A DNA stretch of 62,580 bases from a virus. Lineage: Duplodnaviria > Heunggongvirae > Uroviricota > Caudoviricetes. Positions 55,901-62,580 of this stretch are shown here, piece by piece; the first letter of the stretch is position 1; each line of letters begins with the position of its first letter. The notes under the pieces are model-generated. The model worked only from the letters and a program-made list of their open reading frames with translations. It did no database searches and was not told the DNA's origin. A program made the translations under genes and the position numbers. The stretch is taken from the IMG/VR virus record IMGVR_UViG_3300017963_002532, positions 64,001 to 126,580 of that record; one strand, given 5' to 3'.

Positions 55901-57030
55901 TTACCGCCGTTCAACAACTCCTGAAGAACAAAACGATCCTGACCCGAGAGGCGTCGCCAGTATCCGAAACGCCATGTAGTGAGGTTGTTCGCCATTCCAC
56001 TCTTAGGACGGAATAGAATGTCGGCTTTGCACTGGCTAGTCGCAGCCTGATCGGGCGCGACGTCTAACTCATATCGTAAAGAACTAGCATTGGTGGGAAC
56101 GCCCGAGTTAAGTACGGCGATGATCGCCTTACCCGGGAACGCCACGGCATCGGCACGACGCCACATCACTAGACCGCTACCAGGGTCGCTTTTGATGTAT
56201 GCGTCATTAGCTGCGGTAGGCTTACCGTTGCTGGTCAGGGTCCACCAGTCGTCTGGCTGGCTGTCAGTTAGTAAGTTGCCGTCTGTGTAGTTCTCAAAGT
56301 CGATATCGAGGATACATCGTTCCTCGAAGTTGTGGACGTAGGCACCAATCTGACCCGAGGTCGCGGTTGCATTATTCACGCCGTATATGGTGACATCGCC
56401 AATACCGTGAATAAGACCCGCTTCGTCAGTACGCAACTGGAATGCGCCGCTAGTTGGGAGGTAGTTATACGTCGTAGTCGCTTCTTGATGGATAAACTCC
56501 CAGGTACCAGAGGCGTTAGCCCATATAGTGATATTACTATCATCATCCTCTACTAATAGGCGTAGACTTTCTACCCTATCAATATTGAATGAGTCTAGGT
56601 TAGTAATCGCACCGTTGTCTAGACGGTCGAATGTTAGTGTGTCTGCTGCGCCAGTGTTGTGTTCCCACTCAACACGATAACCATATAGTGTATCATTCGT
56701 CGCTCCGCTCGGTCGAATGAGCATAATGGAGCGACCTTCTAGCTGGTTCATGATCATACCAGCTTCAATCGACACCTTATCATACGCAGAACGATCTACG
56801 CCACTGCCGTCTAGAACCATGACGGCGCGGCGGTCGTCAGACACAGTGCCAGGATTGTTCCGCATAGCGATCTGACCGCTAGGCGCACCAACCTCTGTAA
56901 TGATTACGGAATCAAAGCCAACTGGGCGCACACCATCCTCGTTCTGGACCCTCCATCCATTCTGACCATGTAGATCACCAGTGGAGAAATCCTCCCAATC
57001 AATGAGGGCGAGGATGCCAGATGTAGCCAT
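52948..57030 (-). CDS. Large virion surface/tail-fibre-like protein with concanavalin A/LamG domains, SG[QE][IV]GGY repeats and C-terminal PKD-like domains
   Basis: LamG hallmarks FTWQGWIYP, HIAATY..LYVNG, WTMGLWAKP, GDLDEV; PKD-like end INFGD..THLY. Confidence 0.7.
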   Translation of the reverse strand: MATSGILALIDWEDFSTGDLHGQNGWRVQNEDGVRPVGFDSVIITEVGAPSGQIAMRNNPGTVSDDRRAVMVLDGSGVDRSAYDKVSIEAGMIMNQLEGRSIMLIRPSGATNDTLYGYRVEWEHNTGAADTLTFDRLDNGAITNLDSFNIDRVESLRLLVEDDDSNITIWANASGTWEFIHQEATTTYNYLPTSGAFQLRTDEAGLIHGIGDVTIYGVNNATATSGQIGAYVHNFEERCILDIDFENYTDGNLLTDSQPDDWWTLTSNGKPTAANDAYIKSDPGSGLVMWRRADAVAFPGKAIIAVLNSGVPTNASSLRYELDVAPDQAATSQCKADILFRPKSGMANNLTTWRFGYWRRLSGQDRFVLQELLNGGNVQALAYLTDDYTITSARLRVVDDGDLIQCHVKAKNSGIWEETHSLYDNSLNDQTPSGALNFDGDGTNVVVQVDNFNIYATYSGLQVTTGEIGGYVNGVAVSTSGEIGGYIEAGAAPTPTSGEIGGYVPAFSPESSGQIGGYLQVYPGATPEVFTKIDPAIQSWWYGNEDSPGDALVDYGDLGNDLVALTPVNQGILTSGVQTANIQRENARVTKNAGTGTNAKFRGVDIGEQYTGSAENFTWQGWIYPSGGHLQETQPVVLIMRDDQTFNNSARFAIQVVGSAGKPVDRLQVAHRWGAGSAEIDYVTTAHGAVPSGQFVHIAATYNKTGGEVILYVNGGIVGSGAITGVMGSGSADELALQGNPNPANTDFTGAANDIMFISRALSSGEVAYVAESGVGPVPSAGESIGGYLDAFVTSVTATEEQMQGVWRLDELGDNDTRLDSSGKSNHLNVITGSPKQVAARRNNGTRFEHWVNPFPSLQRTGSGVSTGLSPTASSWTMGLWAKPSGVAYERYAQLAGKGSYDQYVLYMDEEGEVWGQVSIDGIGYVVSTQPSSLIANEWQHIDWVVDRDNEVQYIYRTGSDYIPTIIGSGALPDSSKAQDTTTEPFHVGASPTNQQPYDGDLDEVYFIQRALSSGEILSVVKIGLPIVIATGASGQIGGYMAAPDSATGVSGQVGGYTDGVQLSASGEVGGYLEQLDSPTGSSGQIGGYTTYDLESASGQIGGYVTYTQETGSGQVGGYLNAVSVDDDASFLSMFTYVVPEDIDFDLIARIGSAMSNDFDATLQVLRQYTPPTVTCYVTGSGTLDGYYHVTVSGTVTVGDETIQNGAANEIESVWIQFGNMSGQQDVTPSDGVFEVEHTFTSSGVYIIRADAIDKQGTHGSCRKRVDLSVGLAADEKITLELTGTPQSGVVPHTIAFTQAYGVQPVGVKESIINFGDRTLSHYDDPTHLYHSVGNYIPVWIVRDDNGRFWCDSLVVGVNQ
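53670..53945 (-). repeat. Six degenerate ~15-codon repeats encoding xSG[QE][IV]GGY
   Basis: Plus-strand near-copies such as tatccgccaatctgacccgacg and tagccgccaatctgacccgacg. Confidence 0.8.
55480..55645 (-). repeat. Four degenerate repeats encoding G[EQ]IGGY
   Basis: Plus-strand near-copies tagccaccaatct, tagccaccgatctcaccagacgt and tagccaccaatctcaccagacgt. Confidence 0.75.
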
Positions 57031-57470
57031 TACATCACCTTAGAATCGCCTAGAAACGGATCAATGCGCAACCTCTTAACCAAAGAGGCACCACGGCGGA
57101 CGTCGATATTGATGAAGTGACGACGCACCGCTTCCGGGATATCTTTAACAACTAGCCAGCGCGGCTTGTCGTTAAGATCATAGGTTTCAATAAGGAAGGC
57201 TGTCTGGTTGGGAACGATGACACCGCAAACGCGGCGATCAGGAAAGCACCTGTCTCCGATCTGCACGTCGCAGTATTCCTTGCCATCGTCTTCTTTGGTG
57301 TAGACTGCCAGCACCTTGACAGGATACGTAAGCACCTGGTTTGAGGCGGTACCGCCAATCTCAAAGGAGTGTCCTTCTTCCTTATCGAATGTGAACTCGA
57401 CTTGCTCACCACTATACGCCTGAAGCGTCGCGGTGATCGTATTTCCTTTTTCTTGCGTCTCAAACATTCA
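57030..57470 (-). CDS. Hypothetical protein
   Basis: ~145-aa ORF with GGAGAG RBS. Confidence 0.55.
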
Positions 57471-57488
57471 TCTCTCCATAAAATGAAT

Positions 57489-57517
57489 CCGGGGCTGAAG
57501 ATAAACCCCAGCCCCGG
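57489..57517 (-). terminator. GC-rich hairpin, possible terminator or RNA-processing stem
   Basis: CCGGGGCTG-11 nt-CAGCCCCGG perfect 9-bp stem; only a weak U-rich tail (ATTCATTTAT). Confidence 0.45.
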
Positions 57518-57548
57518 GCGTGTGGAGATTTCTCCCAGGACTAGGAGA

Positions 57549-57740
57549 TTAGGATGTGGCGTTTGTGAACGGGTTAGTGAGAGTCGCCTCCTGCTTGAAG
57601 CCAGATAGACGGCTGATCAGAGCACCACGTCCATAGGACGCACTAACCTTGCGATCAGTGTAACGAAGTACACGTAGACCCGTACGCATAAGTACTAGGT
57701 TAGCATCGTTGGTATCAGAGTTGTAGTTGATAGTTGCCAT
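57549..57740 (-). CDS. Small hypothetical protein (63 aa)
   Basis: Strong GGAGG RBS; followed by the hairpin. Confidence 0.55.
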   Translation of the reverse strand: MATINYNSDTNDANLVLMRTGLRVLRYTDRKVSASYGRGALISRLSGFKQEATLTNPFTNATS

Positions 57741-57765
57741 GTGTTAACACCTCCTCCGTGTTGGC

Positions 57766-58557
57766 TTAAGAGAGTTTGCGAATATGACGCCCCGGATGGC
57801 TACGTATGAAACCATCCATACCTCCTACTAGGTCGGAGGCGGGTGTTGCTTCTATTTGTATCTGTGCGTCTGAGATGTATTCATCCCAGACCTTTACGTC
57901 TGTGATACTGCCGATTAGGTTGCGGTCAATTACCTCGGTGGCAGTAGACTTACGACCACCAATAATCCACCAGTCCTCGACACCAGAGATTTTGAGCTGC
58001 GATAGATTATGAGACTCTTCATCTTTCAAAATTCCGTCAACCCATAGTTGGGCAACCCCATCTGATGTAGCATCGTCTGAGGATGGCTGGAATCGAATCA
58101 GGATATTGTGCCAAGCACCATCTCGGAATCCCGGCTGCGGATTATCATCACGCCATTCGAGTTCGAAGTTAACGTTGTCTGGACGTCGAAAAAAACAGCG
58201 CAGCCACACAAAGTTTTCTACAGCACCCTCTTCCCAGCCAAACGAGAAGTTGCCGCCACCACGAGTAACCATCTCTTTCTGTGGGTCTGGTGCCGGAGCG
58301 CCAGGAAACGTCTGTGTCGTATTCACCCATACGCTCACCGATAGATTGCCCGAGATCATCGTCTCAGACTTCTCAGGGAAGCGTACGATACTACCGCCCT
58401 CTAGCCCGTTGAAGTCCAGGTATGTGCTACGTGGTCCGCCGCCCTGCCACGTCGGAATACCAGACCCCTCCAGCACGCCGCTGTGCGTCGGATCGACGTC
58501 ATTGACAGTCTGGGTCCCAGCCATCTCACTGAATTTTGCATGTAATACAAGAGTCAT
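57766..58557 (-). CDS. LamG/concanavalin A-like domain protein
   Basis: YLDFNG, LSVSVWVN, DGAWHNILI, LWVDG, IGG, GSITDVKVWD. Confidence 0.75.
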   Translation of the reverse strand: MTLVLHAKFSEMAGTQTVNDVDPTHSGVLEGSGIPTWQGGGPRSTYLDFNGLEGGSIVRFPEKSETMISGNLSVSVWVNTTQTFPGAPAPDPQKEMVTRGGGNFSFGWEEGAVENFVWLRCFFRRPDNVNFELEWRDDNPQPGFRDGAWHNILIRFQPSSDDATSDGVAQLWVDGILKDEESHNLSQLKISGVEDWWIIGGRKSTATEVIDRNLIGSITDVKVWDEYISDAQIQIEATPASDLVGGMDGFIRSHPGRHIRKLS

Positions 58558-58559
58558 GG

Positions 58560-59138
58560 CTATGGTCCCGTATAATCGTAGGTCACTCTGTGCTCAAACC
58601 GACCAAACGAGCCAGCATCACCCGCGCCATACCGACCATTCGGAAAGGCTGCGCCGAGGATGAGGCTCACATACACGTACTGAGAGACGTCTGGGTCCAG
58701 GGTGCCACTCATGCTGGCATCGCCATTCTGTACAAAGAGATTCTGCGACCCTGGCAGAGATGTGGGGACTTCTATCATGCCAGCCTGACCGCTGGCAGCT
58801 TGGGCGGGGTATGCAGCCCAGACGCCTGAAGTGGCAAATTGCAAGTGGGATGAACCTGGAGAGAGGGCACTTTGGTCAGGAACATAGTACCTCATATTAT
58901 ATATACGATAATTTAGTGAAGAAGTCCTGAAAATAAAGACTTTTGTTTTGGCTCCGTAGTACCAATCCTCTTCGGTGAAGGTATCGAACTCCAGGTAGGC
59001 TGACTGCGTACCGCTCCCAAGTGTCTTCACATATGCTGCCGACCCACTAGCGATGTGGCGCGTCGGCGCAGGTGAAGTCTCGCTGATGTTAAATTCATAT
59101 AAATGAACAGTTGGAGCGTCAACCATCATGCCGTCCAT
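58560..59138 (-). CDS. Putative virion protein (paralog of 59721-60233)
   Basis: Shared TKV..MRYY/MRFY..VP.SLPGSQN.F..G.YG..YDY pattern. Confidence 0.6.
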   Translation of the reverse strand: MDGMMVDAPTVHLYEFNISETSPAPTRHIASGSAAYVKTLGSGTQSAYLEFDTFTEEDWYYGAKTKVFIFRTSSLNYRIYNMRYYVPDQSALSPGSSHLQFATSGVWAAYPAQAASGQAGMIEVPTSLPGSQNLFVQNGDASMSGTLDPDVSQYVYVSLILGAAFPNGRYGAGDAGSFGRFEHRVTYDYTGP

Positions 59139-59141
59139 TCG

Positions 59142-59717
59142 CTAGTTTGCGTCGATGTGTTCATACCAGCTAAGCGCCATATTAACCACGTTGTCGGCTG
59201 TTAGACTAGACAACCTAAGTAGGTATACTGTATTCTGCTTCAATACCCACTCCGAGTCCGCGCGAGCAGTGCCGCCGCCGGTGACTCGATTTGCGCCACC
59301 TCCAGTATCTACACCAAACTCAGTTTCAAATAGTAAGGTGCCGTCGTCTCCGTCATCCGCATGTTCTGTGATAATCAAACCCGGTCCATTGGCACTATTC
59401 CTATTGTTATTGTGAATTGGCATATGAATGCCAGACGTGTGAGTAGCTCCTTCAAAGAATTCGAACCTAGTATGTAGAGCCCCATACACGTTACCAAGCA
59501 GGTGAGCCCACCGCTCTGTATCCGGCGTATGAATAAGATACTCTAGCGGAGTCCCGATATCTAGGTCTCCACTAGTTGCAGAGAATGTAAAATGTCTACC
59601 GCTGTGAACCTCGTGGTGAGCGTAGTCCACAGTACGCAGCGCAGTTGTAGCACCATCGACCGCATTGGCAATATTAGGATCGACTCCCGCGCCCGGAAAA
59701 ACCTCTACCATGACCAC
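59142..59717 (-). CDS. Putative virion protein
   Basis: 191-aa beta-rich ORF; HHEVHSGRHF. Confidence 0.5.
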   Translation of the reverse strand: MVMVEVFPGAGVDPNIANAVDGATTALRTVDYAHHEVHSGRHFTFSATSGDLDIGTPLEYLIHTPDTERWAHLLGNVYGALHTRFEFFEGATHTSGIHMPIHNNNRNSANGPGLIITEHADDGDDGTLLFETEFGVDTGGGANRVTGGGTARADSEWVLKQNTVYLLRLSSLTADNVVNMALSWYEHIDAN

Positions 59718-59720
59718 TCC

Positions 59721-60233
59721 TTAATAGTAATCGTAGCGGAAACGATAGCGCAAAGTGCCAGCGCCCAAGCCGCCATAAGTGCCATCTGGCACGTCTGTCC
59801 CTGCAAAAATGGCAAGATACGCCCACTGCCCTAATCCGTCTACCTGACCAGAGCCGGTAATCTGCGCACCTCCCCCATGCCTGAAATAGTTCTGCGAACC
59901 GGGTAGCGAAATCGGGACATCGTCTGCCCCAGTCGTCAACTGCTTATTCTGAGCCCACGTATTAGTCAATTCCATAAGGAACTGATACGTGCCCTGGCTA
60001 AAGGCAGTAGTCGCTACCGCATAGAAACGCATGTCTTCGATAACTGTGTTACCATTGAACTCGACGCCACTCATGGCGACGACCTTAGTATCACTCACCA
60101 AGCCCGAGACGCTGTTATCGATCTGCCCAAAGTCTAGAGCCTGGGTTGTTGTATCTACGAACCCCGACCACGTGCCACTAGTCGCAGCAGCCACATCGAA
60201 CTGAACGATCTTGACTTCAGGCGGAAGTACCAT
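59721..60233 (-). CDS. Putative virion protein (paralog of 58560-59138)
   Basis: Same shared pattern as 58560-59138. Confidence 0.6.
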   Translation of the reverse strand: MVLPPEVKIVQFDVAAATSGTWSGFVDTTTQALDFGQIDNSVSGLVSDTKVVAMSGVEFNGNTVIEDMRFYAVATTAFSQGTYQFLMELTNTWAQNKQLTTGADDVPISLPGSQNYFRHGGGAQITGSGQVDGLGQWAYLAIFAGTDVPDGTYGGLGAGTLRYRFRYDYY

Positions 60234-61708
60234 TACAAGCCTCCCTGGTAACGCGGAAGAGAAATACTGCCGCTGGCAGAGTTCACGCCCGCCAAGTCTA
60301 GGATGAACGAATACTGAATCGACGCCGAGGCAACCCTACTCTTGATATCGTAGTTCAGAGAGGGCTGTCCCACTAGGTCTAGGCGTATAAACTCAGAACT
60401 GTTTGGATCTGGCTTCACCGCGTTAAGGTCTGACTCTACCTGGGCGATGGCGCGGTTGACGTCCGCCGACTCATCCCCGGTGTTAGTTGCCCTGGCGCGA
60501 GCACTCACGCTGATGCTACCGTCTAGCGTTGTTCCCATCTCTTGTACGATGGAGCCAAGCTGTCTGAACGGAATTGTAAAGCGAGCCAATAGCTCGGTCG
60601 GATCTCGACGATCATAGGTCACAGACCTTTCGGCGATACCTGACGGCAGGTCGTCTGCCGGATCGTCGGTATATGTAACGTCATAGTCTACCGTGCCAAG
60701 AAACTCGGACTCTGCCACAGACTGCGCGATCCTCTTGTTATTCAGCGACAGCGAATAGCCCAACCCTGTATAGAATGCCGCAGCATCAACATATAGGTTC
60801 GGCTTCACATGGTTCAGCCAGCCAGAGGTGGCATTGTCGAAGCCAACGTTGCCGCTCGGCGCAACGTCTGTTCTACCTAGACCCTGGATCTTACCCTGAA
60901 GCTGGATAGAGGTAATGCCTGCCCGGTCGGTACTCACCGAGATAGAGCGCGAATGATTCCAAGGATAGATGCCCGACGTAACAATGAACGCCTCTGTGGC
61001 ATCATACGAACCACGGGTTAGGCTGACGGACTCTGTGCGCTGAGTAGAGATCTCATACAGGGGCGCTTCGCTCTGATGCACGTGAACCGGGAAGTTCGCC
61101 GGAGCCTTAGCCAGCCCCAGCAGGGTCCTGCCGTAATCCCGGGCATTCTCATGCGCGTTGTTGGTCTCGCCACTCTGAGCCGTGTTCTTGCCCACGATAG
61201 AAATCGAGTGTTCGATCCTGACCCTTTGGGACTCATCAACCTCATTGTAGGACCACGTGTTATCTTCGCTTTCAATTAAGCCGCTAGCGCCAATGTCGTC
61301 TTCGTCGTATTCAAGGACAACGGTGTAGATGAACTTATCATACTGGAGGTCTTCCGGCAACGAGATGCTACGCACCTTGGGATAGATGCCGCTGGCGATA
61401 TATTCACCAGGGGCAATCACCGTGTTAGATGGTCCCGCCCGTAAAGAGAAATGCTTCCCATCTGTTGCGAAGATGGACAGCAATTGCTCCTGCGCCGCGT
61501 AGACATCGTTGTAGGTTCCGCTCGGCGAGTTGATCCACGTGCCGTTCAGTGTGATTACACGGGTAGCAGCGATCTTCTCTTCGTTACCAGACTCTACGTA
61601 GTCGCGGTCCCAAGAGATAAGGGGTGTAGGCGGACCGATCCGGTCGTCGCCATACCAAATCTCGACCCAGGACTGTGAGTTCCCCGGGACGACTGACGAT
61701 AGGTGCAT
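60233..61708 (-). CDS. Putative tail protein downstream of the tape-measure-like gene
   Basis: 491 aa, beta-rich, ten SG dipeptides; position typical of distal tail genes. Confidence 0.5.
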   Translation of the reverse strand: MHLSSVVPGNSQSWVEIWYGDDRIGPPTPLISWDRDYVESGNEEKIAATRVITLNGTWINSPSGTYNDVYAAQEQLLSIFATDGKHFSLRAGPSNTVIAPGEYIASGIYPKVRSISLPEDLQYDKFIYTVVLEYDEDDIGASGLIESEDNTWSYNEVDESQRVRIEHSISIVGKNTAQSGETNNAHENARDYGRTLLGLAKAPANFPVHVHQSEAPLYEISTQRTESVSLTRGSYDATEAFIVTSGIYPWNHSRSISVSTDRAGITSIQLQGKIQGLGRTDVAPSGNVGFDNATSGWLNHVKPNLYVDAAAFYTGLGYSLSLNNKRIAQSVAESEFLGTVDYDVTYTDDPADDLPSGIAERSVTYDRRDPTELLARFTIPFRQLGSIVQEMGTTLDGSISVSARARATNTGDESADVNRAIAQVESDLNAVKPDPNSSEFIRLDLVGQPSLNYDIKSRVASASIQYSFILDLAGVNSASGSISLPRYQGGL

Positions 61709-61724
61709 TACAACCCCCTATTCT

Positions 61725-62580
61725 TTACTCGCCTGTTGCCGGAATACTTGGTAGCTGTGCTCTCAGGTTCGGCGGGAACGCGCCTGCCCCAATACCAGCC
61801 TCGACCATTGCCCGGATGATGACGCCCAGATTCTTGATGAATGTCGCAGAGTCCTTTACGTCCGGGTGGTTCTTTACTACGTCCGCCATAGCTGCCGGTA
61901 GTTCGGCGAGCCCCGTAATCTCTAGCTTCTCGATAGTTTCGCCTGCTAGCTTGATCAATACCTCTGTCGGCACCCTGCCACCGTTATTGGCTAGAGCCGC
62001 CTCGATGTTCTTGATCATAACGCCAAGCTCTTGTGAGTTGAATCCCTTTTCCCCGGTTAGAGGACGTAGAACCTCGATAAGATCCAGAAGCGCCTTCTCA
62101 ACCGGCACCTGTGTCGTGGAGCCAGCCGCCTTGCCCTTGGCAATGGCGAAGCCCGGCGTACCACTACCTACCTTGGCGAGATCCGCAGCCCTACCCTGCT
62201 CGAACAACTGGTTGAGAGATGTGACTGTCCTACCCATTTTAAGGAAGCCCTCGTTGAGTGCGGCAATCGATGTATCGTTTTCCTTAATAGCCTGATTGAA
62301 TCTCTCGTAGCGTTCCTGTAGAACGCCCATAGTCTCTGCCGTGCCCCTGCCAGACTCTAGGTTTTCTTGCGCTAGATCCAGGATGTTTGTCATAGCTGTC
62401 TGGAATGCCTGAATCCTAGCCATGCTCGCACGACCAAGGACAGCGTTAGTACCCATCGCCGGACCGGTCGGGCGGTTCTGCCTACGGATGAAATCCATCT
62501 CTGCCATGATACCTGCGCGGCGTGTGCCCTGCTCAGATGTTAGAGCAGCCAACTGCTGACGCGCAACCTCTACCTGGATA
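61725..62580 (-). CDS. C-terminal part of a long helical protein, probably tape measure (partial)
   Basis: Frame stays open beyond the track start to the window edge (IQVEVARQQLAALTSEQ); Ala/Leu-rich helical composition. Confidence 0.5.
   Translation of the reverse strand, partial: IQVEVARQQLAALTSEQGTRRAGIMAEMDFIRRQNRPTGPAMGTNAVLGRASMARIQAFQTAMTNILDLAQENLESGRGTAETMGVLQERYERFNQAIKENDTSIAALNEGFLKMGRTVTSLNQLFEQGRAADLAKVGSGTPGFAIAKGKAAGSTTQVPVEKALLDLIEVLRPLTGEKGFNSQELGVMIKNIEAALANNGGRVPTEVLIKLAGETIEKLEITGLAELPAAMADVVKNHPDVKDSATFIKNLGVIIRAMVEAGIGAGAFPPNLRAQLPSIPATGE

Noticed and set aside
1-62580. The many plus-strand ORFs and nested minus-strand ORFs in the track (e.g. 8-484, 1300-1746, 17121-17756, 36777-37235, 58106-58663, 61675-62295)
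   Set aside because: They lie antisense to or inside well-supported genes, show no recognisable motifs, and are expected as shadow ORFs in a moderately GC-rich genome
1-62580. Stop-codon reassignment, as seen in some large phages
   Set aside because: Long genes are intact in code 11, and TAA, TAG and TGA each end genes at junctions coupled to the next start
1-62580. tRNA, rRNA or CRISPR array
   Set aside because: No cloverleaf, rRNA-like tract or repeat-spacer array seen; intergenic space is too small. tRNAscan-SE was not run

Overview
The window is a gene-dense segment of a large tailed-phage genome (inferred from gene content), with essentially all real genes on the minus strand and standard code 11 (TAA, TAG and TGA all end genes). 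Read in transcription order (right to left) it has four blocks. (1) About 62.6-46.8 kb: virion/tail module with a partial tape-measure-like gene, LamG/PKD proteins and several unknown structural proteins. (2) About 46.3-34.6 kb: replication/recombination module (RecA, DnaB, DnaG, nucleoside deoxyribosyltransferase-like protein, dNMP kinase, Cas4-like nuclease, SLOG protein, DnaE, SSB). (3) About 33.9-6.6 kb: a ~27-kb glycosylation island with about 12-13 soluble glycosyltransferases, NDP-sugar enzymes, a sulfotransferase, methyltransferases, HAD phosphatases and two HNH homing endonucleases. (4) About 6.0-0 kb: Rad52/Sak-like annealase, Whirly-like protein, dUTPase, FAD oxidoreductase, class II RNR, resolvase-like nuclease and a DEDDh exonuclease that the ORF track missed. 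Main hypothesis (inference, untested): the island glycosylates the virion itself. The structural proteins, unlike the enzymes, are strongly enriched in [A/S/T/P/G]-Ser-Gly motifs that could be an O-glycosylation sequon for a sulfated/methylated deoxysugar glycan. A new three-copy promoter-like motif, GAAA-N16-GCCATAAT-N3-TATRG, heads the three non-structural operons. All family calls come from motif recognition by eye; no database searches were run, and counts are hand counts.
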